From: a virus
Length of the DNA stretch: 64,000 nucleotides
Strand: one strand, 5' to 3'
Virus record (IMG/VR): IMGVR_UViG_3300009104_000012
Location: 1-64,000 of that record
Shown: one piece after another, positions 55,219 to 64,000 of the stretch
How the letters are laid out: every line of letters begins with the position of its first letter
Numbering within the stretch: position 1 is the stretch's first letter
Position numbers and translations under genes: made by a program
Notes under the pieces: generated by a model
Told to the model about the DNA's origin: nothing
The model's database searches: none
The model's input: only the letters and a program-made list of their open reading frames with translations

Positions 55219-57683
55219 AAGTCCTCCAAACTCGCCACTCGTTCATACTTCCAACCAATAGAGTTTAATATAAATCTCAATGGGTCTAAAAATGTTTTTT
55301 CAAATTGAGTTGTATAATCTATATACTCTTGCAACTTAAATTCTCTAGGTAATTTTGTAAGATAACTAATAACACCATACTTAAATGGATTAGGTTCTTT
55401 TAATAATATAAACTTAATCTTATCTCCTTCTTGTATCAATGGATATTTAGCAGTAAGTTTAAGTTGTTTTAAATAATGATTGTATATTAAAGACCCTTTA
55501 ACGTGTATTGGACAACTCTTCTGAAATATATTACTAGCGTCTGAATATTTTTTAAGATTATTACAAGACCTTGGAAAAGCAATCGCTTCTGGTGGTAGTC
55601 CTTCAAATTCATTTTTAAACTTATCAACAAAATTAATTAAATCTGGTTCTTCCTTCTTCATAATAATATCAATTGCTTCTTTAATTCTTTTTCTACAAAT
55701 TGCTGGTGTTGAAGATTTAACTGCCTCAATTCCCATAATTTTCATTTTAGGTTCAGCATATCTAACGCCTTCACTATCATATACATTTAACATATATCTT
55801 TTCTTTGATACCCATATACCTTTATCAGCAATAACTTCTCTTGCCATTTCCATTTTTTGGTCAAAAGCATTTGTATATTCTGCAAGTTCTTTATAACACT
55901 TATCAATATATGGTTCAAATTGTTTTTCACACGCCTTGTTTAAAAATTCAACTACTTGGTCTTTTGATTTATTACCACATATTTTTTCTACTAACTTATC
56001 TAAACACACATAAATTGAATCTGTATCAGACGCAACTATATAATCGTGGTCATCTGTTTTTAATAAATGATTTAAATAATCGTTCATCTTATTCTCAATA
56101 AATTTAATAACATACTGACCTCCAGTAGTTATCGCTGTCGCTTGTCTTACATCATAGTATCTGAAAAATTGGTTACCAATAGCACCATAGGCACTATTCA
56201 ATGCAATCTTTCTTGACCATTGTATATTATGGAATCTACTTACCTTTTTTAATAAAGACTTCTCTTTTGTTTTTTCATATTCTTGTCTTGCTTTAATTTC
56301 TTTTTGTTTAAATTTAACTCGTTCTTTATACATTGTCTCCATCATATTAGCAAGAAAACCTTGACTATCGGTTTTAAACAACGCACCATTTGGAGTTATA
56401 CACGCACCTTCTTTTTTAAGATAACTTAAATCTGATTTTTTATTTAATAAATTACTTACAGAAACTCCATTACCTTTCATACCAATAATTTTTTCAGGTG
56501 AAATATTATATTGCATAATTAAATGTGGATACAAACTATTTAAATCAAATGACACTACCCACTTATGCATACCAACCTGTGGATCTTTTACATATGCACC
56601 AATATATTTTGTATCTTTACTATGTTCTTCTCTAGGTGGTACAGCAATCTTATTTTTTAATAAGTGATTATAAATTAAAGTATCCCAAGTTCTAACTTGA
56701 CTAAACACATCTGAATAATTTACTTTAGCGTCATACGCCATAGTTAAGACTAGTTCAATTAAACCAAGTTTATCTTCTAGTCTATCCACTATTTCAACAT
56801 CTTGAATATTATAATCTATAAAAGATTGTAAATCTTTAGTGTACCATTCTTTAAATGTATCATAAGGGTTATCATCTTTCTTTTCGCCTAGTTCTACTTG
56901 ACCAATCCAATCCAATCTATAACTCTCTTGTCTTGTTGGAATATATTTTGTATATAAATCCAAATAATCTAACATTGCAATACCAACCACATTGTATACC
57001 GTTTGTGGTCTACCTCTTACTTCAACCGTTTCTTGTTCAACTATATTCCAAGGTGATAATTTTCTTATTACTTTTTCATCTGTTAATAATTTAATTCTAT
57101 TGCATAGATATGGTAAATCAAAAAACTTTGTATTCCAACCTGTAATAACATCTGGATAATTTTTCATCCAGAATTTCATAAACTCCATTATTAAAACTTT
57201 TTCATTACTACATTTAATATAGGTTACATCTTTTCTATCTGTTTTAAAATCACCAATACCCCAAGTTATAATCTGTTTGTTAGAGGCATTTTTAACCGTA
57301 ATACATATTAACTCTTCTATAGGATTTTGTACATCTGGAAATCCATCTTCACAGGTTGTTTCTATATCTAATGTAAAAATGGAAATAAATTCTTTAGACC
57401 ATTCAATTGTTTCTGGATATTCAGCTGAAATATATTGATATTGAAATCTATCTAAACCAAATAATGGAGCACCACTATATGATTTTTTAAATTCTCTTGC
57501 TCTTGAAATACTATTAAAGTTTACAGGTTTTAAATTTTGACCTTGTAAAGTTTTCCAATCTCCATTACCTAATACATAAAGAGTTGGATTAAAATCTATC
57601 TTCTCTTGGAAAGACTTGTTTCTTTCAATACCACGGACTAGTAATTTACCTCTATGTTCAATAACTGATTTATAAAAATTCAC
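55209..57683 (-). CDS. 43: family B DNA polymerase gp43
   Basis: DIET exonuclease motif, FDLNSLYP, KIALNSAYG, ASDTDS, KKRY. Confidence 0.97.
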   Translation of the reverse strand: MNFYKSVIEHRGKLLVRGIERNKSFQEKIDFNPTLYVLGNGDWKTLQGQNLKPVNFNSISRAREFKKSYSGAPLFGLDRFQYQYISAEYPETIEWSKEFISIFTLDIETTCEDGFPDVQNPIEELICITVKNASNKQIITWGIGDFKTDRKDVTYIKCSNEKVLIMEFMKFWMKNYPDVITGWNTKFFDLPYLCNRIKLLTDEKVIRKLSPWNIVEQETVEVRGRPQTVYNVVGIAMLDYLDLYTKYIPTRQESYRLDWIGQVELGEKKDDNPYDTFKEWYTKDLQSFIDYNIQDVEIVDRLEDKLGLIELVLTMAYDAKVNYSDVFSQVRTWDTLIYNHLLKNKIAVPPREEHSKDTKYIGAYVKDPQVGMHKWVVSFDLNSLYPHLIMQYNISPEKIIGMKGNGVSVSNLLNKKSDLSYLKKEGACITPNGALFKTDSQGFLANMMETMYKERVKFKQKEIKARQEYEKTKEKSLLKKVSRFHNIQWSRKIALNSAYGAIGNQFFRYYDVRQATAITTGGQYVIKFIENKMNDYLNHLLKTDDHDYIVASDTDSIYVCLDKLVEKICGNKSKDQVVEFLNKACEKQFEPYIDKCYKELAEYTNAFDQKMEMAREVIADKGIWVSKKRYMLNVYDSEGVRYAEPKMKIMGIEAVKSSTPAICRKRIKEAIDIIMKKEEPDLINFVDKFKNEFEGLPPEAIAFPRSCNNLKKYSDASNIFQKSCPIHVKGSLIYNHYLKQLKLTAKYPLIQEGDKIKFILLKEPNPFKYGVISYLTKLPREFKLQEYIDYTTQFEKTFLDPLRFILNSIGWKYERVASLEDFWN

Positions 57684-58485
57684 TTAAATTGCCTTCCGCT
57701 TTATACTTTGATATGTTCTTCCTATTATACACCATTTCTTTCGATAAGTCAAATGGCATTTTCTTTGTTTCTTTGTACGAAGAAGTTCCACTCATCCACG
57801 ACTTCACCCACCAAATCAAATCGGTATGTTTTGGGTATTTTAAGTTCCAAGTAACCGTTGACTTTTTTAAATTTTTTCGGTCTTTCGGTGTCATTGGATA
57901 GATATATCTAAATTGTTTACCCTTCACTCGGTTCAATTTTAATTCTTTAAGTTGTTTTGGGTTTGGTCTATGACCGTATTTTAAACCTTCTTTATTTGGT
58001 AATTGTCCTTGTAAAGTTCTAGGGTGTACTTTCTCTCCTGTTTCGGTAACATAAGTATCTGTTATAGAAAATCCACCATATAAAAAATTAGCTGCCTGAT
58101 ATACATAGCCAGGTTTGCCCACAATACCATCTGCCCAAGTATAAAGATATTTAACATCTGTATTTTGTTTTAACCATTTAATTGATAGTGATAGTAATTG
58201 AGATTCAGAATTTCTAGGCATAGAATCATCCATACACATCTTGCCTATTTCTAGGTAATCTTTTGTATCTAATTTTGGAAATAATTTTTGTATAGTATGT
58301 TTTGGTCTTGTACCCCAACCAAAGGTAATAACTCCAACTAATGTATCATATGAATCTACTGGAAACTTTTTGTTTCTTACAAAGCAACCTAGATAATGCT
58401 TAGTGAGTCTCGGCATAACAGCCGAGTAATGGCGTTTAGCAACGAATTCAGCTGCTGTTATTTTGTGTAAAGGTTTTATTATCAT
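57670..58485 (-). CDS. Mom-like DNA adenine-modification protein
   Basis: RHYS, GVITFG, LEIGKMC...PRNSES, TWADG...GYVYQAANFLYGG. Confidence 0.75.
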   Translation of the reverse strand: MIIKPLHKITAAEFVAKRHYSAVMPRLTKHYLGCFVRNKKFPVDSYDTLVGVITFGWGTRPKHTIQKLFPKLDTKDYLEIGKMCMDDSMPRNSESQLLSLSIKWLKQNTDVKYLYTWADGIVGKPGYVYQAANFLYGGFSITDTYVTETGEKVHPRTLQGQLPNKEGLKYGHRPNPKQLKELKLNRVKGKQFRYIYPMTPKDRKNLKKSTVTWNLKYPKHTDLIWWVKSWMSGTSSYKETKKMPFDLSKEMVYNRKNISKYKAEGNLSEFL

Positions 58486-58805
58486 TATATATCATCTTTG
58501 TCTCTCAATTCTACTATCAATTTGTCGTGTTCTTTGCCTAACATTATTTGGCAACCTAATCTACTTCTTTTAGGGTCATAACCCTTTTCATATTCCAAGA
58601 GTTCTTGTTCTAAACTATTTTCAACAATTGGTAAATTATCCACATACACGTGGCAGGTAGCACAGGCGCAATTACCCCCACAATCGGCAGGTATTTCGGG
58701 AATTGGAACACTACTAAACTTTGTAGCAGCTTCCATAATTGAAAATCCTGGTGGTACTTCAACTCTTATCTTTGAACCGTCTCTTACAAAATATATTTCT
58801 ATCAT
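58485..58805 (-). CDS. fdx: 2Fe-2S ferredoxin (adrenodoxin/ISC type)
   Basis: CGGNCACATCHV...SRLGCQ. Confidence 0.92.
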   Translation of the reverse strand: MIEIYFVRDGSKIRVEVPPGFSIMEAATKFSSVPIPEIPADCGGNCACATCHVYVDNLPIVENSLEQELLEYEKGYDPKRSRLGCQIMLGKEHDKLIVELRDKDDI

Positions 58806-58808
58806 TCA

Positions 58809-59138
58809 TCACTTATCTATTTTAGGTAATTCTGTTTCAGTAATCAATTCTGGTTTTCTTGGTTGTATAATTCCTGTACCTAAATGATAATTGTATGAGT
58901 TTTTTATATCTGTTTTTGGTGATACCTCTGCTATAATATGTTCTCTTTTAATTTTAATAACATCTTCTGTAGCATAAGGTAAATAGGGAGTTAACATTAA
59001 TTGTACAGGTTTTCCTGGTGCTGATTGTGTTGGTATAATCACAAACGCTTTTTTAATTTCTGTTATCTCTCCTGATTGATTTTGTATTTGGCCTATTACA
59101 TCTTCGCCAGTAGATAATCTTAATATTTTTATTTCCAT
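58809..59138 (-). CDS. conserved T4-like hypothetical protein (possible Sm-like fold)
   Basis: IKILRLSTGEDVIG...PYLPY. Confidence 0.7.
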   Translation of the reverse strand: MEIKILRLSTGEDVIGQIQNQSGEITEIKKAFVIIPTQSAPGKPVQLMLTPYLPYATEDVIKIKREHIIAEVSPKTDIKNSYNYHLGTGIIQPRKPELITETELPKIDK

Positions 59139-59147
59139 AATCTCCTC

Positions 59148-59176
59148 ATTATATCATTACTTTAATCTAATGTCAA
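59148..59176 (-). promoter_or_regulatory. sigma70-type promoter upstream of the fdx-mom-43 block
   Basis: TTGACA-N17-TATAAT. Confidence 0.8.
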
Positions 59177-60570
59177 TCCTCGTCCTTCAAACTATACTTT
59201 GTTGTTATTATATACTTACGGTTAGGATTAACCATTACATTAAATCTATTCATTGTTTCTCTATCAAATAATATTTTAGATTTTTCTTCTCTATCATCTA
59301 AAGTAAATTCAACATCTTTATATAATCCACCTGCAAATTCTACATCAAGTTCGATTACATATCTATCTTCTTTATAATCTCTTAAACCACCTACATTAAT
59401 TGTTTCTTTTCTTATTATATCGTTTGTAATTGATTTGCCTTCTAGTGTCCAAGTAATTTTCTTACCACTAACTTTCATTTTCTCAGCGTGTATAACGGAG
59501 TTACCTGAATTACCTGTATCAAATTTTCCAACAATTCGTCCAAATGGGTGTATATGTACCACTTCTTTATACCCACACTCAGCAGGTACTCTTTTCCAAT
59601 TTTCTCTATCTTCAAAGTGTTGTACTATTTCTTTACTTAAATTTCTTCCTGTTGCCTCTTCAATACCTTGCGTACCAGCAGAAGAGTTAACTTCAATAAT
59701 ATATGGTGGTTCTTTTTCTCTATTCTTAGCAGGTATAAAATCTACTGCAACAAATAATCCATCTACTGCTTTTGCAGCCTTTAAACTTTCTTCAACTTCC
59801 ACTTCCGTTAATTCTAATTTTGAAACTCCTGCACCTTGAGATACATTACTTCTAAAATCTCCTGGTATAACTTCTCTTTTCATTGAAGCTAATACTTGAC
59901 CATTTAATACCAAAACTCTAGCGTCCCAATCCGTTTTAACATATTGTTGTAATAAAATATCAGAGTCTTCATCTTGTTTATTAAGTAATTGTACAATCGA
60001 ATCTAATGCTCTTTCTGATTCAATAAACAATACACCAACACCTTTTGAACCTCTTAATGTTTTTAAAATAACAGGAAACTTTTCCTCTAATTGTTCAAAT
60101 GCTTCCATTGAATTTTCTGGATCGGTAACCAATACTGATTTAGGTTGTTTAATACCATAATCAGATAATCTTAAAGAAGTTCTATATTTGTCAGCACATA
60201 TACTTATAGCCTGTCTGCTATTAACAACACAAACCATATGCTTTTCTAATCTTGAAACCAAGTCCATCCAACTATCTCTACGAACAACTGAACCTCGTAC
60301 AATTGCTACCGTATCTTTAGATGAAACTCTAAAACCTTTTTTATCTTCTTTGTTATGGAAATATAACTCTTCATCTTCTTCTTTGGTTACATAACCACCA
60401 GTATTTCTAAAGATGTATGCTTTATGTCCTAACTTAAGCGCCTCTTTCATAAGGTTTTTTGCCGTATGAAAATTTAAATCATCTTCAGGTTCATCTGAAA
60501 TAATGATTAATCTAAAAGGTTTTCTTACTTTAGCTTCTGTTATGTATTCTTTGAATTTTGGTACTTGCAT
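59173..60570 (-). CDS. rimK: RimK-like ATP-grasp ligase fused to a retropepsin-like protease
   Basis: ADKY, PVILKTLRGSKGVGV, DARVLV, FRSNVSQG, IEVNSSAG; C-terminal KFDTGN. Confidence 0.85.
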   Translation of the reverse strand: MQVPKFKEYITEAKVRKPFRLIIISDEPEDDLNFHTAKNLMKEALKLGHKAYIFRNTGGYVTKEEDEELYFHNKEDKKGFRVSSKDTVAIVRGSVVRRDSWMDLVSRLEKHMVCVVNSRQAISICADKYRTSLRLSDYGIKQPKSVLVTDPENSMEAFEQLEEKFPVILKTLRGSKGVGVLFIESERALDSIVQLLNKQDEDSDILLQQYVKTDWDARVLVLNGQVLASMKREVIPGDFRSNVSQGAGVSKLELTEVEVEESLKAAKAVDGLFVAVDFIPAKNREKEPPYIIEVNSSAGTQGIEEATGRNLSKEIVQHFEDRENWKRVPAECGYKEVVHIHPFGRIVGKFDTGNSGNSVIHAEKMKVSGKKITWTLEGKSITNDIIRKETINVGGLRDYKEDRYVIELDVEFAGGLYKDVEFTLDDREEKSKILFDRETMNRFNVMVNPNRKYIITTKYSLKDED

Positions 60571-61010
60571 TACTCATCTTCTTTTTTAACTTCCTCGGTG
60601 ACATTTTTCTTACCGATATTATATTTAGTTGCTAATGTCCACTCTTTTTTTTCTTTAAATGGTAAAACTTTAATTTGACTTAACGGTGCTTTATTCTCCG
60701 CCTTTGTCTTATCATTAATTTCAATCAAACTCCAGTCCTGTAATAGAACAGCAATGGTATTTCTACGCTGTATATCGTTTTCTGTTAGTGTTGATTTTTT
60801 ACCGTCTAAAGCAAATAGTTCTTTGAAATGCGTAATGTAATATTTACCTTGCTTGTGTAATATATGGCAAGATTGAAATAACGTTTTGTCTTTTCTGGAA
60901 GCGACACCGATTCGTGTCAAGGTTTCTCTAACTTTTAAAAAATCGTCAGGTTGTTTTATTGATACTTCCAGCATATCACTAACCGACCACTTTATAATCT
61001 CTTCATTCAT
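60570..61010 (-). CDS. regA: translational repressor RegA
   Basis: DDFLKVRETLTRIGVAS...QSCHILHKQGKYYITHFKELF. Confidence 0.97.
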   Translation of the reverse strand: MNEEIIKWSVSDMLEVSIKQPDDFLKVRETLTRIGVASRKDKTLFQSCHILHKQGKYYITHFKELFALDGKKSTLTENDIQRRNTIAVLLQDWSLIEINDKTKAENKAPLSQIKVLPFKEKKEWTLATKYNIGKKNVTEEVKKEDE

Positions 61011-61402
61011 TTTCTTTTTCTCCCACCTTTTTCAAGGTTCAATTTAATATTTTCAAGTTGGTCATTTGTTAGTATGCTTAAAGCCTCTTTTGCTTTTGAA
61101 TTACTATAATCATAATACTCTTTTACTAATTCAAGGTCTTTGACTTTCTTTTGTGTAAGCCATCTACCACCAAATCGCCTTCTCTCTCTTATACTATTTA
61201 TAAAATAGTCAAATTGCATTTTCTTTGGGAGAAAATGGTAACCGTTCATTTCATTGGAATGCATTATGGTATCATAAAAAGAAGATAGACACCTGTTAAT
61301 AATAAATGATGGATATTTCTTTTCCCAAGTAAGGTCATCTGAATCCATTAACCGTTTCTTGGTTATATTAATTGCATTTAAATAATCTTTTAGTTCGTAC
61401 AT
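61007..61402 (-). CDS. 62: clamp loader small subunit gp62
   Basis: YLNAIN, FIINRCLS, NEMN, VKEYYDYS..KA. Confidence 0.92.
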   Translation of the reverse strand: MYELKDYLNAINITKKRLMDSDDLTWEKKYPSFIINRCLSSFYDTIMHSNEMNGYHFLPKKMQFDYFINSIRERRRFGGRWLTQKKVKDLELVKEYYDYSNSKAKEALSILTNDQLENIKLNLEKGGRKRK

Positions 61403-61968
61403 ATCTTCTTAATAAAAATTAACTTCTTATTCTCACCTGTTGGTTTAACATACAAAGATTTCAACTCTTCTTTACTATGCCATTTCATAGATACTGCTTT
61501 ATGTTTAGGTAGACCTGCAGTTTCGCCAATCATTTTCCAATTATCTGCCTTATAGACAGCACCATTATTACCACCTGCAACAAAGGTAATTAGGTATTTT
61601 AATTCATTCCCATACTTTTCCCGCCAATATGGAATCGCTTGTCTCCTTAATTCTTTTAATACTCTGGTTCCAACATTTTTAATCTTTTTCCTCATACAGA
61701 ACCTCCAATTATTCGCAAAACTATTGAAGTTTTCCTTATATGTTTTGATATCCATACCAACATATTTAAGAATATCCTTTGGTGGTGGATAGACGGAGGA
61801 ACCAATTCCTATCATACCAACTGGTTTATCTTGATAAAACACAACCCAATCCACTCTCCGACCAACGGAGGCTGTTGTTGGTACGTAACTATGATACTTT
61901 GATATAGTCTCTTTAATGTACTCTTTGGATTGATTGTCATTTGCTATTCTTAGCTCGATTGTTTCCAT
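61390..61968 (-). CDS. Mom/DUF4338-like GNAT-fold protein
   Basis: YHSYV...GRRV...GMIG, NNWRF, ITFV...GAVYKADNW..IGETAG. Confidence 0.7.
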   Translation of the reverse strand: METIELRIANDNQSKEYIKETISKYHSYVPTTASVGRRVDWVVFYQDKPVGMIGIGSSVYPPPKDILKYVGMDIKTYKENFNSFANNWRFCMRKKIKNVGTRVLKELRRQAIPYWREKYGNELKYLITFVAGGNNGAVYKADNWKMIGETAGLPKHKAVSMKWHSKEELKSLYVKPTGENKKLIFIKKICTN

Positions 61969-62564
61969 TCTTTATTATGTCCACTTACTCCAAAATGCAT
62001 TGTATTAAAACTAATTACATACCTTTCATCTGTAGTATTTGTTTTTGTGCCGTGTTCTAACCAACTTGGAAATAGATATAAATGTCCTTCTTTTGCTGGT
62101 AGTATTGCTTCCATAGCATTGTATCCTGTAACCTCACTATAGAGTTCACACATCTTATAAGGTTGCAAAGGATTTTTAAAAGTTAAACCTACTGAACCTT
62201 CAGGACATTTTGGATAATAAGCACCACTAATAAGACTTGCTTGGTGTCTATGCATTTTTAAACTTGTATCTTTTTCCATAATACTAAACCAACTATTAAT
62301 CATTTCAAATTCTCTTAACCCTAATAACTTTCCGTATTCTTTTAAACGCTGTTCAAATTCTCTCCTCAATTCGGCGAATTCTGGTTTATCTAATATACTA
62401 TCATATGGATTATATGTACTCTTACCACCACCTTCTAATAAAGGGTGATCTTTCATTGATGGTTTATATGCTTCTAATTTCTCCGTAATATGGTCATTAG
62501 GTGAGCATAAAATCCTAAATTCCATTACTGCTAATGGAAATATATTATGTATTTCTATTGTCAT
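61950..62564 (-). CDS. 2OG-Fe(II) oxygenase (TIGR02466-like)
   Basis: NSW, HRH...ISGAYY, FPSWLEH, RYVISFN. Confidence 0.85.
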   Translation of the reverse strand: MTIEIHNIFPLAVMEFRILCSPNDHITEKLEAYKPSMKDHPLLEGGGKSTYNPYDSILDKPEFAELRREFEQRLKEYGKLLGLREFEMINSWFSIMEKDTSLKMHRHQASLISGAYYPKCPEGSVGLTFKNPLQPYKMCELYSEVTGYNAMEAILPAKEGHLYLFPSWLEHGTKTNTTDERYVISFNTMHFGVSGHNKEWKQSS

Positions 62565-62661
62565 TAATTAAATGCTCCAAAAAAATTAGGATTATTAAAA
62601 GTCATATACACTACAAATATTATATACATTAATAAAAATACATACAACATTAACATATATT

Positions 62662-63606
62662 TCATTTGAATTTACAATTTGCCATTATTTCAGTTAGACA
62701 AGCAACCATATTAATTTCTTGGTCTGCAACAAAAGCTGCCTTGTATTGGTAACCTGCAATAATTAAAACTGCCTGTGGTATTGATTTTGGTTCCAGATAC
62801 TTATAAAGAACATCATATAATCCTGTAAATAATGTTGATGGATCTTTATCTAAATTCTGAACAACCCATTTACGCATATCATTAAATTTTTTATCTTTAA
62901 GCATAGCAATTAATTCTTTATTGTTTGCTTCAGATAAACTGAATAATATACCACTATCTATCTTACCTCTAACAGAATACCGTTGAAGTTCATTAATAGT
63001 TCTTCTAAAATCTGGATAAAATTTTTGTACTAGTTCAGCAAGTACCTTCTTATCATAACCAATCTTCTCTTCTTCTAATAGTTTAATTAATCGAAGCATA
63101 AACGCTGTAGCCGTTTTGACTTTTTGACCATTAGCGATCTTAAAATCAATCACGGTACATCTACTATGGAGTGCTGGTATGATTTTGTTTTTGTAATTGC
63201 AAGTAAATATAAATCTACAATTATTATAAAATGTTTCTATAAAATTTCTTAAAGCAGGCTGAACACTATCAGCATTCATATAATCTGCTTCATCTACAAT
63301 TACAACTTTATGATTAGAGTCTTCCGTTAGGGATACGGTTGACGCAAAATTCTTAATCTTATTTCTTAAAGTATCTATGTGTCTACCTTCATCTGAACCA
63401 TTAATAATAATGTAATCAGCGCCTAGTTCTTCACATAAAGCACGAGCTACGGTAGTCTTACCTGTACCTGCTGTACCTGATAATAAAAGATTTGGGATTT
63501 CTTTTTGTTTTAGAAAATTTAAAAAAGTTTCTTTTAAATCTGCTGTGAGAATACAATCACGTATTGCTCTTGGTCGGTATTTTTCAACCCATAAGTAATC
63601 GGACAT
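62662..63606 (-). CDS. 44: clamp loader large subunit gp44
   Basis: LWVEKYRP, GTAGTGKT, VDEAD, ALHSRC, PDFRR. Confidence 0.96.
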   Translation of the reverse strand: MSDYLWVEKYRPRAIRDCILTADLKETFLNFLKQKEIPNLLLSGTAGTGKTTVARALCEELGADYIIINGSDEGRHIDTLRNKIKNFASTVSLTEDSNHKVVIVDEADYMNADSVQPALRNFIETFYNNCRFIFTCNYKNKIIPALHSRCTVIDFKIANGQKVKTATAFMLRLIKLLEEEKIGYDKKVLAELVQKFYPDFRRTINELQRYSVRGKIDSGILFSLSEANNKELIAMLKDKKFNDMRKWVVQNLDKDPSTLFTGLYDVLYKYLEPKSIPQAVLIIAGYQYKAAFVADQEINMVACLTEIMANCKFK

Positions 63607-63617
63607 TTAGAACCTCC

Positions 63618-64000
63618 TTAAAATTCGGAATCTGGTTCTAATGCTATCCAATATTGTATAGGTCTATTGCGATTAACAAAATGACTTATCTTCTGTTTAG
63701 AAATTGCAACATCATAATCATCAGGAAACATTTTAAAGTTTTCTGCTTTAAAGTAAGCAGTAAATGATTTAGTTGTTTCTCCTAGATTTACAGCATAAGT
63801 GTTTGATGACTTATTCTTTTTATCTGTTGCGACTATACTAATTTTCTTACCATCACCTTTAACTGCAATGTCTGGTAGATTTAATGTAGTATAACCTTTT
63901 CTAACTTTTTCAAAGTCAGCTTTTGTAAGTTTAAATGCTACTTCTTTATCTGGCATATTAATAGTTTTGCTTGGCGCCACTATTACTGATTTGTCAGCAA
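63618..64000 (-). CDS. 45: sliding clamp gp45 (5' part beyond window)
   Basis: Open frame to the window edge; FKAENFK..DDY.V.IS...YWIALE C-terminus. Confidence 0.9.
   Translation of the reverse strand, partial: ADKSVIVAPSKTINMPDKEVAFKLTKADFEKVRKGYTTLNLPDIAVKGDGKKISIVATDKKNKSSNTYAVNLGETTKSFTAYFKAENFKMFPDDYDVAISKQKISHFVNRNRPIQYWIALEPDSEF

Noticed and set aside
507-60394. Numerous plus-strand ORFs of 60-176 aa in the ORF track (e.g. 5391-5921, 14619-15095, 59435-59839)
   Set aside because: They lie antisense to well-supported minus-strand genes, are Ser/Leu/Phe-rich shadow translations and lack SDs or motifs. Only 30693-32324 is accepted on the plus strand.
1-64000. CRISPR array, integrase/IS elements, rRNA, or stop-codon reassignment
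   Set aside because: No regularly spaced repeats, recombinase or transposase motifs, or rRNA-like sequence were seen by eye, and core genes translate full length in the standard code.

Overview
A 64-kb segment of a very AT-rich, lytic T4-like myophage genome. Gene content and an alphaproteobacterial-type ferredoxin, lipoprotein and LexA box suggest a marine SAR11-type pelagimyophage, but the host is inferred. Nearly all genes are on the minus strand. In genome order the window holds: (i) rnh and a block of small early genes and lipoproteins (0-7.8 kb); (ii) a glycosylation island with glycosyltransferases, gmd, colD, an asnB-like amidotransferase, a radical SAM enzyme, a 2OG oxygenase and an Hpy188I-like nuclease (7.9-19 kb); (iii) nrdA/nrdB and primase; (iv) a late-promoter csgF-csgG-curlin-FecR operon divergent from an intact CHASE2 adenylate cyclase, the only long plus-strand gene; (v) a hidden metallothionein-like ORF, an NAD-dependent formate dehydrogenase and a lysis-like cassette; (vi) late genes with T4 capsid-targeting-like N-termini, including ligase-like, kinase, HAD and nucleotidyltransferase enzymes; and (vii) the replication core (41, 40, uvsX, 43, regA, 62, 44, 45), interleaved with a glycosyltransferase, hemB, three Mom/DUF4338-like proteins, an MT-A70 methylase, a ferredoxin and a RimK-protease fusion. 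The best candidate for a new system is the curli-pore/FecR/CHASE2-cyclase trans-envelope signalling module; the second is a possibly virion-packaged RNA-repair/nucleotide module. All family calls come from recognising motifs by eye; no searches were run.
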